Below, one piece after another: positions 1 to 10,238 of a DNA stretch of 64,000 nt (its first letter is position 1; every line of letters starts with the position of its first letter). Under the pieces are notes generated by a model. It saw only the letters and a list, made by a program, of their open reading frames with translations. It was not told where the DNA came from and did no database searches. Source of the DNA: an uncultured Colwellia sp. Lineage in GTDB: Bacteria > Pseudomonadota > Gammaproteobacteria > Enterobacterales > Alteromonadaceae. Position numbers and translations under genes: made by a program. The stretch covers positions 48,975 through 112,974 of the forward strand of contig CBDHCJ010000002.1 of assembly GCA_965261045.1 (NCBI GenBank), given 5' to 3'.

Positions 1-1
1 G

Positions 2-3000
2 CAGAATCTTAGTCAACATGATGGCTCTGTTCCATCAGGCGTTACCGATGGTAGCCTAACAATTGATCCCCGTTTTGCTTATCGCTCAAACATAGAGACT
101 GAAAACAACTATCTGTCCATTGATCTAGGTGCTTTCTATCATATTGACAGTGTCAACGTTTATGCGTTTAGTACGGCTAGCAATACTAATTTTAAAGAAA
201 TCAGCAATCTAGCTATTTTTGCCAGTAAGCAAGATCTTAGTCACAAGAGCTATAACAATTTATTAAATGATCGAAACGCGATTAACCTAGGCGGTACAGG
301 TGCGTCACCTGTTTATAAAACCAGCTTAATTTCACCTGTTATTACTGATGACAACACACTGACCTTGTCAGGCATATTAACCGCTGCCCTAGGCGCAAAT
401 GAAGAGCTAGCTATTTATGATGGCACAAAGAAGCTTGATGTGGTTACCTTTAGTGGCGATAGTGGCGATAATTCATGGACATTCACTACACCAGTGTTAC
501 CAGATGGCTCATATACGTTTAAAGCGGTTATTCAAGCGGTGGCTGAAACCAATATTGCCAATGCTCGGGTGATCAGCGCTGCCAACACCATTACCCTTGA
601 TACTAGCCTCATCAAGGTTACCATTGATACTGTGACTGATGATGTCAGCATTCATGGCAGTGTTATGGGTGATTTGGTGATGGGTAGTACAGACGATACC
701 ACGCCTACATTAACTGGCACACTGAGTGCTGCGCTTACAGCTAGCCAAGTGCTGGCGATATATGATGACCATGACGGTAGCATGACAAAACTAGGTGACG
801 CGACGGTGACAGGCACAGGCTGGACTTACACACCAAGTGTATTATTACCCCCAGGCAGGCATAGTTTTACCGCTAGGGTTGATGACTCGGCTAATAATCC
901 ACCGCGTACAGACAGTGCCGCCCATGTGGTTAACATTTATAGCGACATTGAGATGATCATAACCGATGATGCGGGTATCGAAACAGGCATTACTCCTCAG
1001 GCGCGTTATATTCTGCTCAAACAAACAGGCGCTCTAAGTGGCACCCTGGCGGTTGGTGAAGTTGAAGTTTTCTCAGATGGCGTTAATGTTGCCTTAGGTA
1101 AAAACGTCCTTGGGCAAAATAATAGTGCTGTAATAAACGAACGTTTTCCATCAGGCATTACTGATGGTAGCCTAGCAGCAGATGATTCTTATTCCTCATC
1201 CATACCTAATACTGTAGACAACTGGCTACTCATTAATCTAGGCGCTTCCTATCTCATTGAGCGTGTCAACCTTTATGCGCGTGAGGATAACTTTCTTGGT
1301 CGTTCACACATCAGAGATCTAGCTGTTTTTGCCAGTAACAAAGATCTTCGTGCTCTGAGCTATGCCGACTTACAGGATAATGCCAACGCGATTAACCTAG
1401 GCGGTACGGGTAGGAGCCCTTCTTATAAAACCAGCTTAGCAACCCATGTTATTACCGACGACCAGACACCGACCTTGTCAGGTACCTTAATCACTGCCCT
1501 AGGCGCAGATGAAGAGCTAGCTATTTATGATGGCACCACTCTCACCGCTAAAAAGCTTGGTGTCGCCACCGTTAGTAACAATAACGCATGGACATTCACG
1601 CCTACGACAGTGTTACCAGATGGCGAGCATACGCTTAAAGCGGTTATTCAAGTGGTAGGTGAAACCGCTATTACCAAGGGTCGGGTGATCAGCACGGCAA
1701 ACACCATTACCGTTGACACTTTACCGACACAAACCGCTACTATTGCAACGGTAAGTGATAATGAGAACACCCATGGCGGTTTTACGGGTAATTTGGAGTC
1801 AGGTGTTAGTACCGACGACACCACGCCTAGATTAGCTGGTACACTGAATGCTGGGCTTACTGCTGGCCAAGTGCTGGCAATATATGATGACCATGGCGAT
1901 AGCACGACAAAACTAGGTGAAGCGACGGTAGCAGGCAGGGGTTGGACTTACACACCGAGCGCATTACCAGCGGGCAACCATAGTTTTACCGCGCAGGTTG
2001 AAAGCCCCTTTGGCGCTCTGGGTACGGCAAGTAGCCCCCATGTGGTCAACCTTCATAGCGGCATTAGCATGAGTGTAACCGATGATGTGGGTGTCGACAG
2101 GGGAGTGCTTGCTTCTGGTGTCACCACAGACGACAGCACACCGACCTTCTCAGGCACCTTAACCGCTCCGCTAGACGTGGGTGAAGCGCTAGCTATTTAT
2201 GATGGCACCACTCTCGCCGCTAAAAAGCTTGGTGTGGCTACCGTTAATAGCGATAACACATGGGCATTCACGCCTACAACAGTGTTACCAGATGGCGAAC
2301 ATACGCTTAAAGCGGTTATTCAAGCGAAAGGTGAAACCGCTATTGCCGAGGCGCGTGTGATCAGCGCTGCAATCACTATTACCGTTGACACTGGCGTTAC
2401 TGCTGCATCTACACAGGGGGCACAAGCATCCGCAGCGCCACAAGAAGCTATATATTCAAGTTTCGCTTCATCTCTTGAAGCCACCTTGACTATGCAGGTT
2501 AATGATGATGTCGGAGCATTGACAGGTAAGATCAGTGCGGGTACTGATACCGATGATTCAACGGTGAGTTTGACTGGTACTGTGACTAATTTTGACACGG
2601 ATGGATCCGTGCGGGTTTATGATGGTGCGACCTTATTAGGTGATGCCACCATAGGTAGCACGGTAAATGGGGTGACAAGTTGGAGTTACACGCCAACAGC
2701 GTTAGCGATAGGTAGCCATACAATAGCAGCATTCTTTGTTGACGGTGTGGGTACATCTAGTACCAACAGCGCCAGTACCAGCTTTACTGTGACGGCAACG
2801 GACACTACCTTCTCGGCAATTGCAACAACAGATCCAATTAGTGGGCTGTCAGTTCAAACATACAGTTTGGCATCAACCGCGATGGATCAAACCCTTGATT
2901 TTTCTGGTACTCATCCTGAGATCAATGTGGTTAATATCGCAGGCTCTGGCGCTAATACGGTGAAAATTCAGTTAGACGATGTGTTACAAAGTGGCATAAA

Positions 3001-3268
3001 TCTATTTAATGATGCCAATGGCTGGGTAGGTTTAGTTGGCGCAGGTAAGCACCAACTTGTGATAAACGGTGATGCTGATGATACGGTTGTGCTTGATTCA
3101 ATTGCGCTTGATTCGATGACACAAGCGGGAAATTGGATAAAAGAAGAAGCTACGACGACTAACTCGGGTCATACTTATCTTGTTTATAGCTTGGATTCAG
3201 GTAATGCTGATGGTGTATCACAAGTGTTGATAGATCAAGACATGATCCGTGATGGTGTCATCCTTTAA
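2..3268 (+). CDS. Giant Ig-repeat (Big_3-like) adhesin with discoidin/F-type-lectin-like domains and a non-RTX T1SS-type C-terminus; 5'-partial
   Basis: Frame is open from base 2 (QNLSQHDGSVPSGVTDG...), so the track start at 365 is not the real start. Repeated TDDTTPTLSGTL...W.FTP...LPDG.H.L Ig units, two lectin-like domains, and C-terminal GSGANTVKIQLDDVL...LVINGDADDTV...VLIDQD pattern of T1SS-type adhesins. Confidence 0.85.
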   Translation, partial: QNLSQHDGSVPSGVTDGSLTIDPRFAYRSNIETENNYLSIDLGAFYHIDSVNVYAFSTASNTNFKEISNLAIFASKQDLSHKSYNNLLNDRNAINLGGTGASPVYKTSLISPVITDDNTLTLSGILTAALGANEELAIYDGTKKLDVVTFSGDSGDNSWTFTTPVLPDGSYTFKAVIQAVAETNIANARVISAANTITLDTSLIKVTIDTVTDDVSIHGSVMGDLVMGSTDDTTPTLTGTLSAALTASQVLAIYDDHDGSMTKLGDATVTGTGWTYTPSVLLPPGRHSFTARVDDSANNPPRTDSAAHVVNIYSDIEMIITDDAGIETGITPQARYILLKQTGALSGTLAVGEVEVFSDGVNVALGKNVLGQNNSAVINERFPSGITDGSLAADDSYSSSIPNTVDNWLLINLGASYLIERVNLYAREDNFLGRSHIRDLAVFASNKDLRALSYADLQDNANAINLGGTGRSPSYKTSLATHVITDDQTPTLSGTLITALGADEELAIYDGTTLTAKKLGVATVSNNNAWTFTPTTVLPDGEHTLKAVIQVVGETAITKGRVISTANTITVDTLPTQTATIATVSDNENTHGGFTGNLESGVSTDDTTPRLAGTLNAGLTAGQVLAIYDDHGDSTTKLGEATVAGRGWTYTPSALPAGNHSFTAQVESPFGALGTASSPHVVNLHSGISMSVTDDVGVDRGVLASGVTTDDSTPTFSGTLTAPLDVGEALAIYDGTTLAAKKLGVATVNSDNTWAFTPTTVLPDGEHTLKAVIQAKGETAIAEARVISAAITITVDTGVTAASTQGAQASAAPQEAIYSSFASSLEATLTMQVNDDVGALTGKISAGTDTDDSTVSLTGTVTNFDTDGSVRVYDGATLLGDATIGSTVNGVTSWSYTPTALAIGSHTIAAFFVDGVGTSSTNSASTSFTVTATDTTFSAIATTDPISGLSVQTYSLASTAMDQTLDFSGTHPEINVVNIAGSGANTVKIQLDDVLQSGINLFNDANGWVGLVGAGKHQLVINGDADDTVVLDSIALDSMTQAGNWIKEEATTTNSGHTYLVYSLDSGNADGVSQVLIDQDMIRDGVIL

Positions 3269-3295
3269 TCAGTTTAATCAGTCTGCTGATTAAAT

Positions 3296-3321
3296 GCCTC
3301 ACCGCGTGTTTGCGGTGAGGC
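3296..3321 (+). terminator. Intrinsic terminator-like hairpin after adhesin
   Basis: gcctcaccgc-gtgttt-gcggtgaggc perfect 10-bp stem followed by gttaactttt. Confidence 0.75.
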
Positions 3322-3360
3322 GTTAACTTTTAAAGATGAAAATGGCTTATTGTGCGGCTT

Positions 3361-3414
3361 ATATACTCATGATACTTCAAAATGTCTGCTTCAGAACATC
3401 TGAGCAATTCATGA
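3361..3414 (+). mobile_element. Truncated ERIC-like MITE end (copy A)
   Basis: 54 bp matching 50279..50332 with 4 mismatches; begins TATAC..ACTTCAA like ERIC/MITE termini. Confidence 0.65.
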
Positions 3415-3540
3415 AACAGGTTAAACCTTATGTTCTTGCCCTGCCCTGTTAGGCAAAGTTGACTTGAAATATCTTTAACTATATCTGGAACTTCATCATC
3501 ATCAGATAAAGCTAATTCGGCACCATCAAAATAAAATGTT

Positions 3541-3867
3541 TCATAAAAAATTAAGTAAAAATATATTCATAAACGTTCCAGCTAAAATACTGAGCAGAGG
3601 TTTACGAAAGAAGTGTTGCATTGTGATAACCATACAAACGCTAATCAAATACGGGAATGCTGCTCCTATGGATGTGTAATCGACAGATGTTAAGCTATAG
3701 AAAACCAAAATAAGCATAATTCCAGCAGGCATAGTTTTGCCTAAAAACGAAATAAAGGAGTTATTCTTCAAGTGTTTTATTGCCAAAAATGGAAAGCATC
3801 TTAAAGCAAATGTACATAATGCCATTATAATCATCGCATAGATGAGATATTCATTAGTCATTAGCAT
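3541..3867 (-). CDS. azlD: AzlD-family branched-chain amino acid exporter small subunit
   Basis: Hydrophobic 108 aa, TFALRCFPF...LGKTMPAGIMLILV pattern; overlaps upstream AzlC-like frame. Confidence 0.8.
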   Translation of the reverse strand: MLMTNEYLIYAMIIMALCTFALRCFPFLAIKHLKNNSFISFLGKTMPAGIMLILVFYSLTSVDYTSIGAAFPYLISVCMVITMQHFFRKPLLSILAGTFMNIFLLNFL

Positions 3868-4150
3868 TAACCCTTTGTTTGATAAATAACAAAATAACGA
3901 ATAAAGTCATAGCGATACTTATAAATTGAGCACTTGATATTGTAAGAGCCAAAATAGCGGAGATAAAAGCTAAACCTATTGAGGTAAAATTCTTTTTTTT
4001 ATAAAAGTGTTCTTGAGCTAAAACTATGAATAAAGCTGTTAGGGCAAATTCGATACCAAGGATAGATTTAGGAATGAACTGTGAAAGCAAAGCACCAAGG
4101 AGAGAGCCAAGAACCCAATAGGAATGACTTAATATTTGAATATATAACAT
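3854..4150 (-). pseudogene. azlC: AzlC-family permease, C-terminal fragment only
   Basis: SHSYWVLGSLLG...GIEFALTALFIVL is the AzlC C-terminal half; the N-terminal half is absent and upstream frames are closed. Confidence 0.75.
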
Positions 4151-4393
4151 GAGTTTTTGGCTTAAATAAAGGCTCTAGAGCGATAAATAAAATCAGCTTT
4201 AAGGTACTTATCTTCTTTTAAGTTATGAAAACTGTTATGAAAACTATTTTTCAGAAAATCTGTGATATTTTCTTTATTTTCAACAATACTAAACACTATT
4301 ATCTCCTTATGGTAAAAAGTAGAAGAAATTATAGTGATGTTAATTGAGGTATTATTGTGAAATATTGCTCATTTTTTTGTAAATAATTGCTCT

Positions 4394-4799
4394 TTAGCTA
4401 ATAGATGACTTGATGCTATGAATAGTTCGTGTAACGCCAAACTGTTCCCCCAAGTTAAATGCCAAACAATTAACAAGTAATTGATTTAAAATAATATCTT
4501 CGCTATCAGACCAAGATGATAATACTGCATGCTTTTGGGCATTCTTAAAGTAACACGCCCACTAAAATCATCATTTTCTAGATAGGTGAAGGCATTACCT
4601 TTCCTTGCTCAGCTAAAGCTTCAGCGGTTATTTCAATACTATCAATCGCAAGCAAATATGCATCTTCGTATGATTCTGCATACTCAGCTACATCAGGTAA
4701 TTCTTTTACTTTGGCTTCAAAGAAAACTTCGCCATCGAAATTTCCTTTTCGTACAGTGATATTGTATAGACTCGCATCAAACATTTTTTCACTATCCAT
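4394..4799 (-). pseudogene. hicB: HicB-family antitoxin broken by two frameshifts
   Basis: N-terminal HicB fold (FEAKVKELPDVAEYAESYEDAY) stops at 4578; other frames continue ENDDFSGRVTLRMPKSM and VLSSWSDSEDIILNQLLVN (RHH-type tail) to TAA at 4394. Confidence 0.75.
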
Positions 4800-4977
4800 T
4801 TCTTTTCTCCAAGTACTCAAAGCTGTATTGTTCTTTCTGTTCTTTGATTTTTGCTTGCTCGATTCGCCATTTTTGTAATTCAGCATAGTAGTGATCCCAC
4901 ACACAAGGGTTACAAGCACCACCGCCACAGCAGTCATCATCAGCAGGGGGGGAAGGTTTTTCTATTTGTTCAATCAT
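4792..4977 (-). CDS. Oxidoreductase-like domain small Cys-rich protein
   Basis: KPSPPADDDCCGGGACNPCVWDHYY motif of the Oxidored-like family; start taken at MIEQIEK. Confidence 0.75.
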   Translation of the reverse strand: MIEQIEKPSPPADDDCCGGGACNPCVWDHYYAELQKWRIEQAKIKEQKEQYSFEYLEKRNG

Positions 4978-5031
4978 GTTACATCTCGTTCTATCACTGA
5001 TGCCATAGTATGATAATTTCAGTGATGAAAC

Positions 5032-5059
5032 AAAAAAGCTCTGCAAATGCAGAGCTTTT
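5032..5059 (-). terminator. Bidirectional intrinsic terminator downstream of accC
   Basis: aaaaaagctctgc-aaat-gcagagctttt. Confidence 0.8.
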
Positions 5060-5075
5060 ATATCGTTTGACTCGC

Positions 5076-6422
5076 TTACTCAAGTTCAGACAGCTTTTTC
5101 TCTAAGTAGTGAATATTAGCACCACCATTAACAAAACCTTGATCATTTAAGATATCTTGATGCAAAGTAATGTTAGTTTTGATGCCATCAATGACTAACT
5201 CTGATAATGCATTACGCATACGTGCAATGGCAACATCACGATTATCACCCCAAGTGATTAGCTTGCCAATCATAGAATCATAATGTGGTGGCACAGAATA
5301 ATCAGCATAGATGTGAGAATCCCAACGAACGCCTAGACCACCTGGTGGATGGAAACGTGTAATTTTACCTGGTGAAGGAATGAAAGTACGTGGGTCTTCA
5401 GCATTGATACGACATTCAATTGAGTGGCCGGCAATTTTAATATCATCTTGTCTGTAAGATAATGGTAAACCAGCAGCAACGCGTAATTGTTCTTTGATTA
5501 AATCAACGCCAGTGATCATTTCTGTTACTGGGTGTTCAACCTGAATACGGGTATTCATTTCTATGAAATAGAACTCACCGTTTTCATATAAGAACTCAAA
5601 CGTACCAGCACCGCGATAATTAATTTCGATACAAGCATTGCAGCAACGTTCTCCAATTTTGATGCGCATTTCTGGGGTAATGCCTGGTGCTGGAGCCTCT
5701 TCAACAACTTTTTGATGGCGACGCTGCATAGAACAGTCACGTTCACCTAAATGAATGGCACTACCTTGCCCATCGGCAATAATTTGAATTTCAACATGAC
5801 GAGGGTTTTCAAGGAATTTTTCCATGTAAACCATATCATTTTTGAAAATAGTACCCGCTTCTTTTTTGGTTAACGCAATTGATTCTGTTAGCTCCTCTTC
5901 CGAGCGAACTACGCGCATACCACGACCGCCGCCGCCGCCAGAAGCCTTGATGATTACTGGATAACCAATGCGTTTAGCATGAGCTTTATTTTTAGCTTCG
6001 TTATCAGTTAGTGGCCCATCAGAGCCAGGAACACAAGGCACACCAGCACTCTTCATGGCATAAATAGCAGATACTTTATCACCCATCAAACGGATGCTTT
6101 CTGCCGTTGGCCCAATAAAAGCAAAACCTGACCTTTCAACTTGCTCGGCAAAATCAGCATTTTCAGCTAAAAATCCATATCCTGGATGAATAGCTACAGC
6201 ATTTGTGACTTCCGCTGCGGTAATGATAGTTGGAATATTAAGATAACTATCAGGTGCCGGTGCTTTGCCAATACAGATGGTTTCATCGGCTAATAATACA
6301 TGCTTTAAGTTTTTGTCGGCTGTAGAGTGCACAGCAACAGTTTTGATGCCTAACTCTTTACATGCGCGCAATATTCTTAAGGCAATTTCGCCACGGTTGG
6401 CGATAACAACTTTATCTAACAT
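5076..6422 (-). CDS. accC: Acetyl-CoA carboxylase biotin carboxylase subunit
   Basis: [35 protein letters not shown] motifs. Confidence 0.98.
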   Translation of the reverse strand: MLDKVVIANRGEIALRILRACKELGIKTVAVHSTADKNLKHVLLADETICIGKAPAPDSYLNIPTIITAAEVTNAVAIHPGYGFLAENADFAEQVERSGFAFIGPTAESIRLMGDKVSAIYAMKSAGVPCVPGSDGPLTDNEAKNKAHAKRIGYPVIIKASGGGGGRGMRVVRSEEELTESIALTKKEAGTIFKNDMVYMEKFLENPRHVEIQIIADGQGSAIHLGERDCSMQRRHQKVVEEAPAPGITPEMRIKIGERCCNACIEINYRGAGTFEFLYENGEFYFIEMNTRIQVEHPVTEMITGVDLIKEQLRVAAGLPLSYRQDDIKIAGHSIECRINAEDPRTFIPSPGKITRFHPPGGLGVRWDSHIYADYSVPPHYDSMIGKLITWGDNRDVAIARMRNALSELVIDGIKTNITLHQDILNDQGFVNGGANIHYLEKKLSELE

Positions 6423-6454
6423 GGAATGACCCTTATGTTTGGAAATATACGGGC

Positions 6455-6895
6455 TTATTCAATGATGAATAGCGGTTGGTCAAATTCAATTGCATCTTCA
6501 TTTTGCGCAAGAACTTCTTTAATAATACCTGATTTATCTGCTTCAATTTGGTTCATCATTTTCATTGCTTCGATAATACACAGAGTGTCGCCAGCATTAA
6601 CATGCTTGCCAACTTCTGCGAAAGCAGGGGCATCTGGTGAGGCAGATGCGTAGAAAGTTCCCACCATAGGAGAGCGAACTATATGACCGCTAATTACAGG
6701 TGCCGCAGTTCCCGCTGCCGCTAAAGGTGCGGCCACAGGCGCCGCAATAGGTGCCGCTTGTATCATAGGAGCTGCTGTAACCATAGGTGCACCACGACAG
6801 ATTCGTACTGACTCTTCACCCTCAGAAATTTCTAATTCGTTAATGCCAGACTCTTCGACTAGCTCAATAAGTTTTTTAATTTTACGAATATCCAT
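6455..6895 (-). CDS. accB: Biotin carboxyl carrier protein
   Basis: [25 protein letters not shown] biotinylation motif. Confidence 0.98.
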   Translation of the reverse strand: MDIRKIKKLIELVEESGINELEISEGEESVRICRGAPMVTAAPMIQAAPIAAPVAAPLAAAGTAAPVISGHIVRSPMVGTFYASASPDAPAFAEVGKHVNAGDTLCIIEAMKMMNQIEADKSGIIKEVLAQNEDAIEFDQPLFIIE

Positions 6896-7037
6896 TGTAA
6901 TACCTTAATCTTTAAGTTAAATGTTTTTTGAGTTTCTAGTGCCAAGTTTCGCTGCTTAGTTATGCAGTTGTTGCCAGCTCGGTACTAATCGGGCTTATTC
7001 AACACCCGAATAAGGTGTCGGCTGCGCCACCCCCATT

Positions 7038-7505
7038 CTATTTGTTATCTGTTTTTTCTAAATACTCTTTTGCGTATTCAAGTGCATAACTATAGCCTTT
7101 AGCACCTAATCCACAGATAACACCGTTAGCAACATCCGATAAATAGGAATGCTGTCTAAATTTTTCTCTTGTATGCACATTAGATAAATGCACCTCAATG
7201 AAAGGGATATCTACGGCTAACAATGCATCTCGAAGCGCTACGCTGGTGTGAGTAAAAGCCGCTGGGTTTATAATAATAAAATCGATTTTTTGAAATGCTT
7301 GATGAATAGTATTAATCAATTCATGCTCAGCATTTGATTGCACATGAGATAACTCAATTTCTTGCGTTTGTGCTTGTTGTGTTAATTGACTGATTATTTC
7401 ATTTAATGTTTGCGCACCATAAATTTCAGGTTCACGCTTACCTAACATGTTTAAATTCGGGCCATTTAAGACTAAAACTTTGAACTTTGTGGTCATCTTC
7501 GTCAA
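7038..7505 (-). CDS. aroQ: Type II 3-dehydroquinate dehydratase
   Basis: [29 protein letters not shown]. Confidence 0.97.
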   Translation of the reverse strand: MTKMTTKFKVLVLNGPNLNMLGKREPEIYGAQTLNEIISQLTQQAQTQEIELSHVQSNAEHELINTIHQAFQKIDFIIINPAAFTHTSVALRDALLAVDIPFIEVHLSNVHTREKFRQHSYLSDVANGVICGLGAKGYSYALEYAKEYLEKTDNK

Positions 7506-7862
7506 AAATACCTATAAAATTAAATCGCCAATAATAATTACACAAAACCATGCAAGAGTGAACTAAAAAAACGATTTTTCTGATTTAGGCGATTATTATA
7601 GTGTTTTCGCAGAATATAACAGCAAAATACTGGTCTTATCTGTTTAGTGATGTTGAAAAGTTGGTTTTTTCATCAATTGTTTATTACATTACAAAGAAGT
7701 TACATTTTTTAAGGTGTTGTTTTTAATGGGTTATATCTTTTTAAATCATTAGTTTTAGAAAGAGGCGCTAGTGTTTTACTCACTGAATCTCAAATGGTTA
7801 TTGTAAGACCTAAGCAGAAAAGCAGCCAATGACGACTGCTTGGCTATGTTAAAATAAATTAT

Positions 7863-9749
7863 TTAAAAGATAGAATTTATATGAGCACTAAATTCTTCAG
7901 CCGCCATAAAGCCGGTAACGCGTTGCTGGCTTAACTCTTCACCTTGTAAATCAAAAAATAGAATCGAAGGTAAGCCAAAAACATTGAAATGTTCCATTAA
8001 CTCAATGTTTTTCTTAGCGCCAGTGTCAGTTAAATCTATTTGTATTAACACCGAGTTAGCTAAAGCTTGCTGTACCTTGCTATCAGAAAATGTATATTTT
8101 TCAAATTCTTTACAGGCGATACACCAATCAGCATATAAATCTAGCATAACAGTTTTACCTTGGCTATTGGCTTGGGTAATTGCTGTTTGTAACGCTTCTA
8201 GTGTTGTTAGCTGCGTAAAGTGTTGTATTTCTTTATTGGTGTTTGATTCCCCAGCAGGTAAGTTTTTGTCAGGCACAACAAGTTGATACGCCATATTTGC
8301 ACCAACAAATAACATTAAGAATATGACTAATGAACGAGCACCAAACCAGAGCCCCCTACTGTTACCATTAATATTGGCAACATAGAAATAACTAGCAGCG
8401 GCTAATAATAACAAGGCCCACAGTGCTTGGCTGGCAATTTCAGGGATAAAGCGTTCAAGTAAAAATATAGGTACTGCCAAGAGTAATAACCCAAAAACAT
8501 TTTTGATGATATTCATCCAAGAACCCGCTTTAGGCAATAACTTTCCACCAGAGCTACCCAGTATTAATAAGGGTAATCCCATGCCTAAACTTAATGCGTA
8601 TAATGCTGATGCACCTAATACTACATCCCCAGTTTGAGAAATGTATAATAAAGCCCCAGTAAGTGGCGCGGTTGTACAAGGAGATGCCACTAAGCCAGAA
8701 ATGATACCCATCATCACTACACCAGCGATAGAGCCTCCTTTTTGCTTATTACTTAAATTATTTAACTTGTTTTGCCAGCTAACGGGTAATGCCAAATTAA
8801 AAAGACCAAACATAGAAAGTGCTAAATAGATAAATAACACGCTTAGTGCAATTAGTACAAAGGGGTGTTGAAATACGGCTTGAAATTGTGCGCCTGCCAA
8901 GGCAACAACGATACCAAGTAATGTATAAGTTACTGCCATACCTTGTACATAGAAAAAAGATAATGTGAACGCCTTTTGGGTGGTCAGTGTTTTACCTTGA
9001 CCGACAATAATTCCTGTTAAAATTGGGTACATAGGGAAAACGCAAGGGGTAAAAGATAACAATAAGCCACCGACAAAAAAAGCAACTAGGGTTAATAATA
9101 AGCTATCTTGTTTTAACATATCGGCCAGTTGATGTTGCTCACTGCTTGCTGTTACTTGAGCACTGCCATCATTTTTCTGTATCGATTTTTTTTGCATAGA
9201 GAATGTAGCGCTATCATTTTTTTCAGTCAGGGCTGAAAATATCGCGGAAGCATCATTCGATGTGCTATCTGCAAGTACAGTATCTAGTGTTATTACTTGC
9301 TTAGTTGGCGGGTAGCACAGGCCTTTATCAGCACAACCTTGATAACGAATGGTGATACTGGCGTTTTCGTCAGCTTGTTCAATATTAATAGTAAAGTTTA
9401 GCTTCTCTTTATAGATTTGCTGAACACCAAAAAATTCATCTTCATGATCTATACCTGTTGCTAGGTCAATTTTTGAATGACGGGCATTTTTAGCGGTAAA
9501 CTTAAATTGATGACGATATAGATAATAACCTTCGCTGATATCGAAGCTGATATGTAACTGATCGTTTTGCTGATCAAAATTGAAAGAAAAAGCTTGGTCT
9601 ACTTTCAAAAACTCATCATCATTGCTAAATAAAGACGCATTCGAGATATCAAAAATAGATTGTTGAGCATGGCTAGTTGTTGGCAATAGGGTTACTAAGG
9701 TAAAAATTAGACCAAGACTTAAGTTAAGAAACAAAGATAATTTTTTCAT
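7863..9749 (-). CDS. dsbD: Thiol:disulfide interchange protein DsbD
   Basis: QGCADKGLCYPP, TPCVFPM, SPCTTAP, ADWCIACK. Confidence 0.97.
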   Translation of the reverse strand: MKKLSLFLNLSLGLIFTLVTLLPTTSHAQQSIFDISNASLFSNDDEFLKVDQAFSFNFDQQNDQLHISFDISEGYYLYRHQFKFTAKNARHSKIDLATGIDHEDEFFGVQQIYKEKLNFTINIEQADENASITIRYQGCADKGLCYPPTKQVITLDTVLADSTSNDASAIFSALTEKNDSATFSMQKKSIQKNDGSAQVTASSEQHQLADMLKQDSLLLTLVAFFVGGLLLSFTPCVFPMYPILTGIIVGQGKTLTTQKAFTLSFFYVQGMAVTYTLLGIVVALAGAQFQAVFQHPFVLIALSVLFIYLALSMFGLFNLALPVSWQNKLNNLSNKQKGGSIAGVVMMGIISGLVASPCTTAPLTGALLYISQTGDVVLGASALYALSLGMGLPLLILGSSGGKLLPKAGSWMNIIKNVFGLLLLAVPIFLLERFIPEIASQALWALLLLAAASYFYVANINGNSRGLWFGARSLVIFLMLFVGANMAYQLVVPDKNLPAGESNTNKEIQHFTQLTTLEALQTAITQANSQGKTVMLDLYADWCIACKEFEKYTFSDSKVQQALANSVLIQIDLTDTGAKKNIELMEHFNVFGLPSILFFDLQGEELSQQRVTGFMAAEEFSAHINSIF

Positions 9750-9754
9750 TTATA

Positions 9755-10066
9755 CTACTTTAATGATTCTGTTATCCAGTTTAAATAATGCGTATCACCT
9801 TGCTGGATGTTCAAGGCAATCACTTCTACTACATCAAAGGGATGTAATTCATTTATTCGAGCATTTAATTGTTCAAATTTTGCACTGTCTGTTTTAATCA
9901 GTAATTGTACTTCATGGTCATATTGCAGCTCAGCCTGCCAAATATAAACTGAAGTAACATGGGATATTATATTGACACAAGCAGCTAATTTTTCTGTCAC
10001 TAAATGTTGAGCAATATTTTGGGCGATATCTTTATTCGGGCAAGTAGATAAAACTATTTGATACAA
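9755..10066 (-). CDS. cutA: Divalent-cation tolerance protein CutA
   Basis: LAACVNII..SVYIWQ...EVQLLIKT; coupled to dsbD. Confidence 0.95.
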   Translation of the reverse strand: MYQIVLSTCPNKDIAQNIAQHLVTEKLAACVNIISHVTSVYIWQAELQYDHEVQLLIKTDSAKFEQLNARINELHPFDVVEVIALNIQQGDTHYLNWITESLK

Positions 10067-10149
10067 ATTTTATTCCTAATTCATTTCTAATAACTAAGTA
10101 ACTTAACATTCTCTTAAAAAATCTCTCTTAAAAACGTAGCAATGCCAGC

Positions 10150-10200
10150 ATTTAAGACATTAGTATTTAAGACATTAGTATTTAAGACATTAGTATTTAA
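10150..10200. repeat. 15-bp tandem repeat x3 (atttaagacattagt)
   Basis: Three exact copies plus a partial fourth, cutA-fxsA intergenic. Confidence 0.95.
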
Positions 10201-10238
10201 GGCATGGTTGCTAACAAGTGTGCTAACAAATAATTTGC

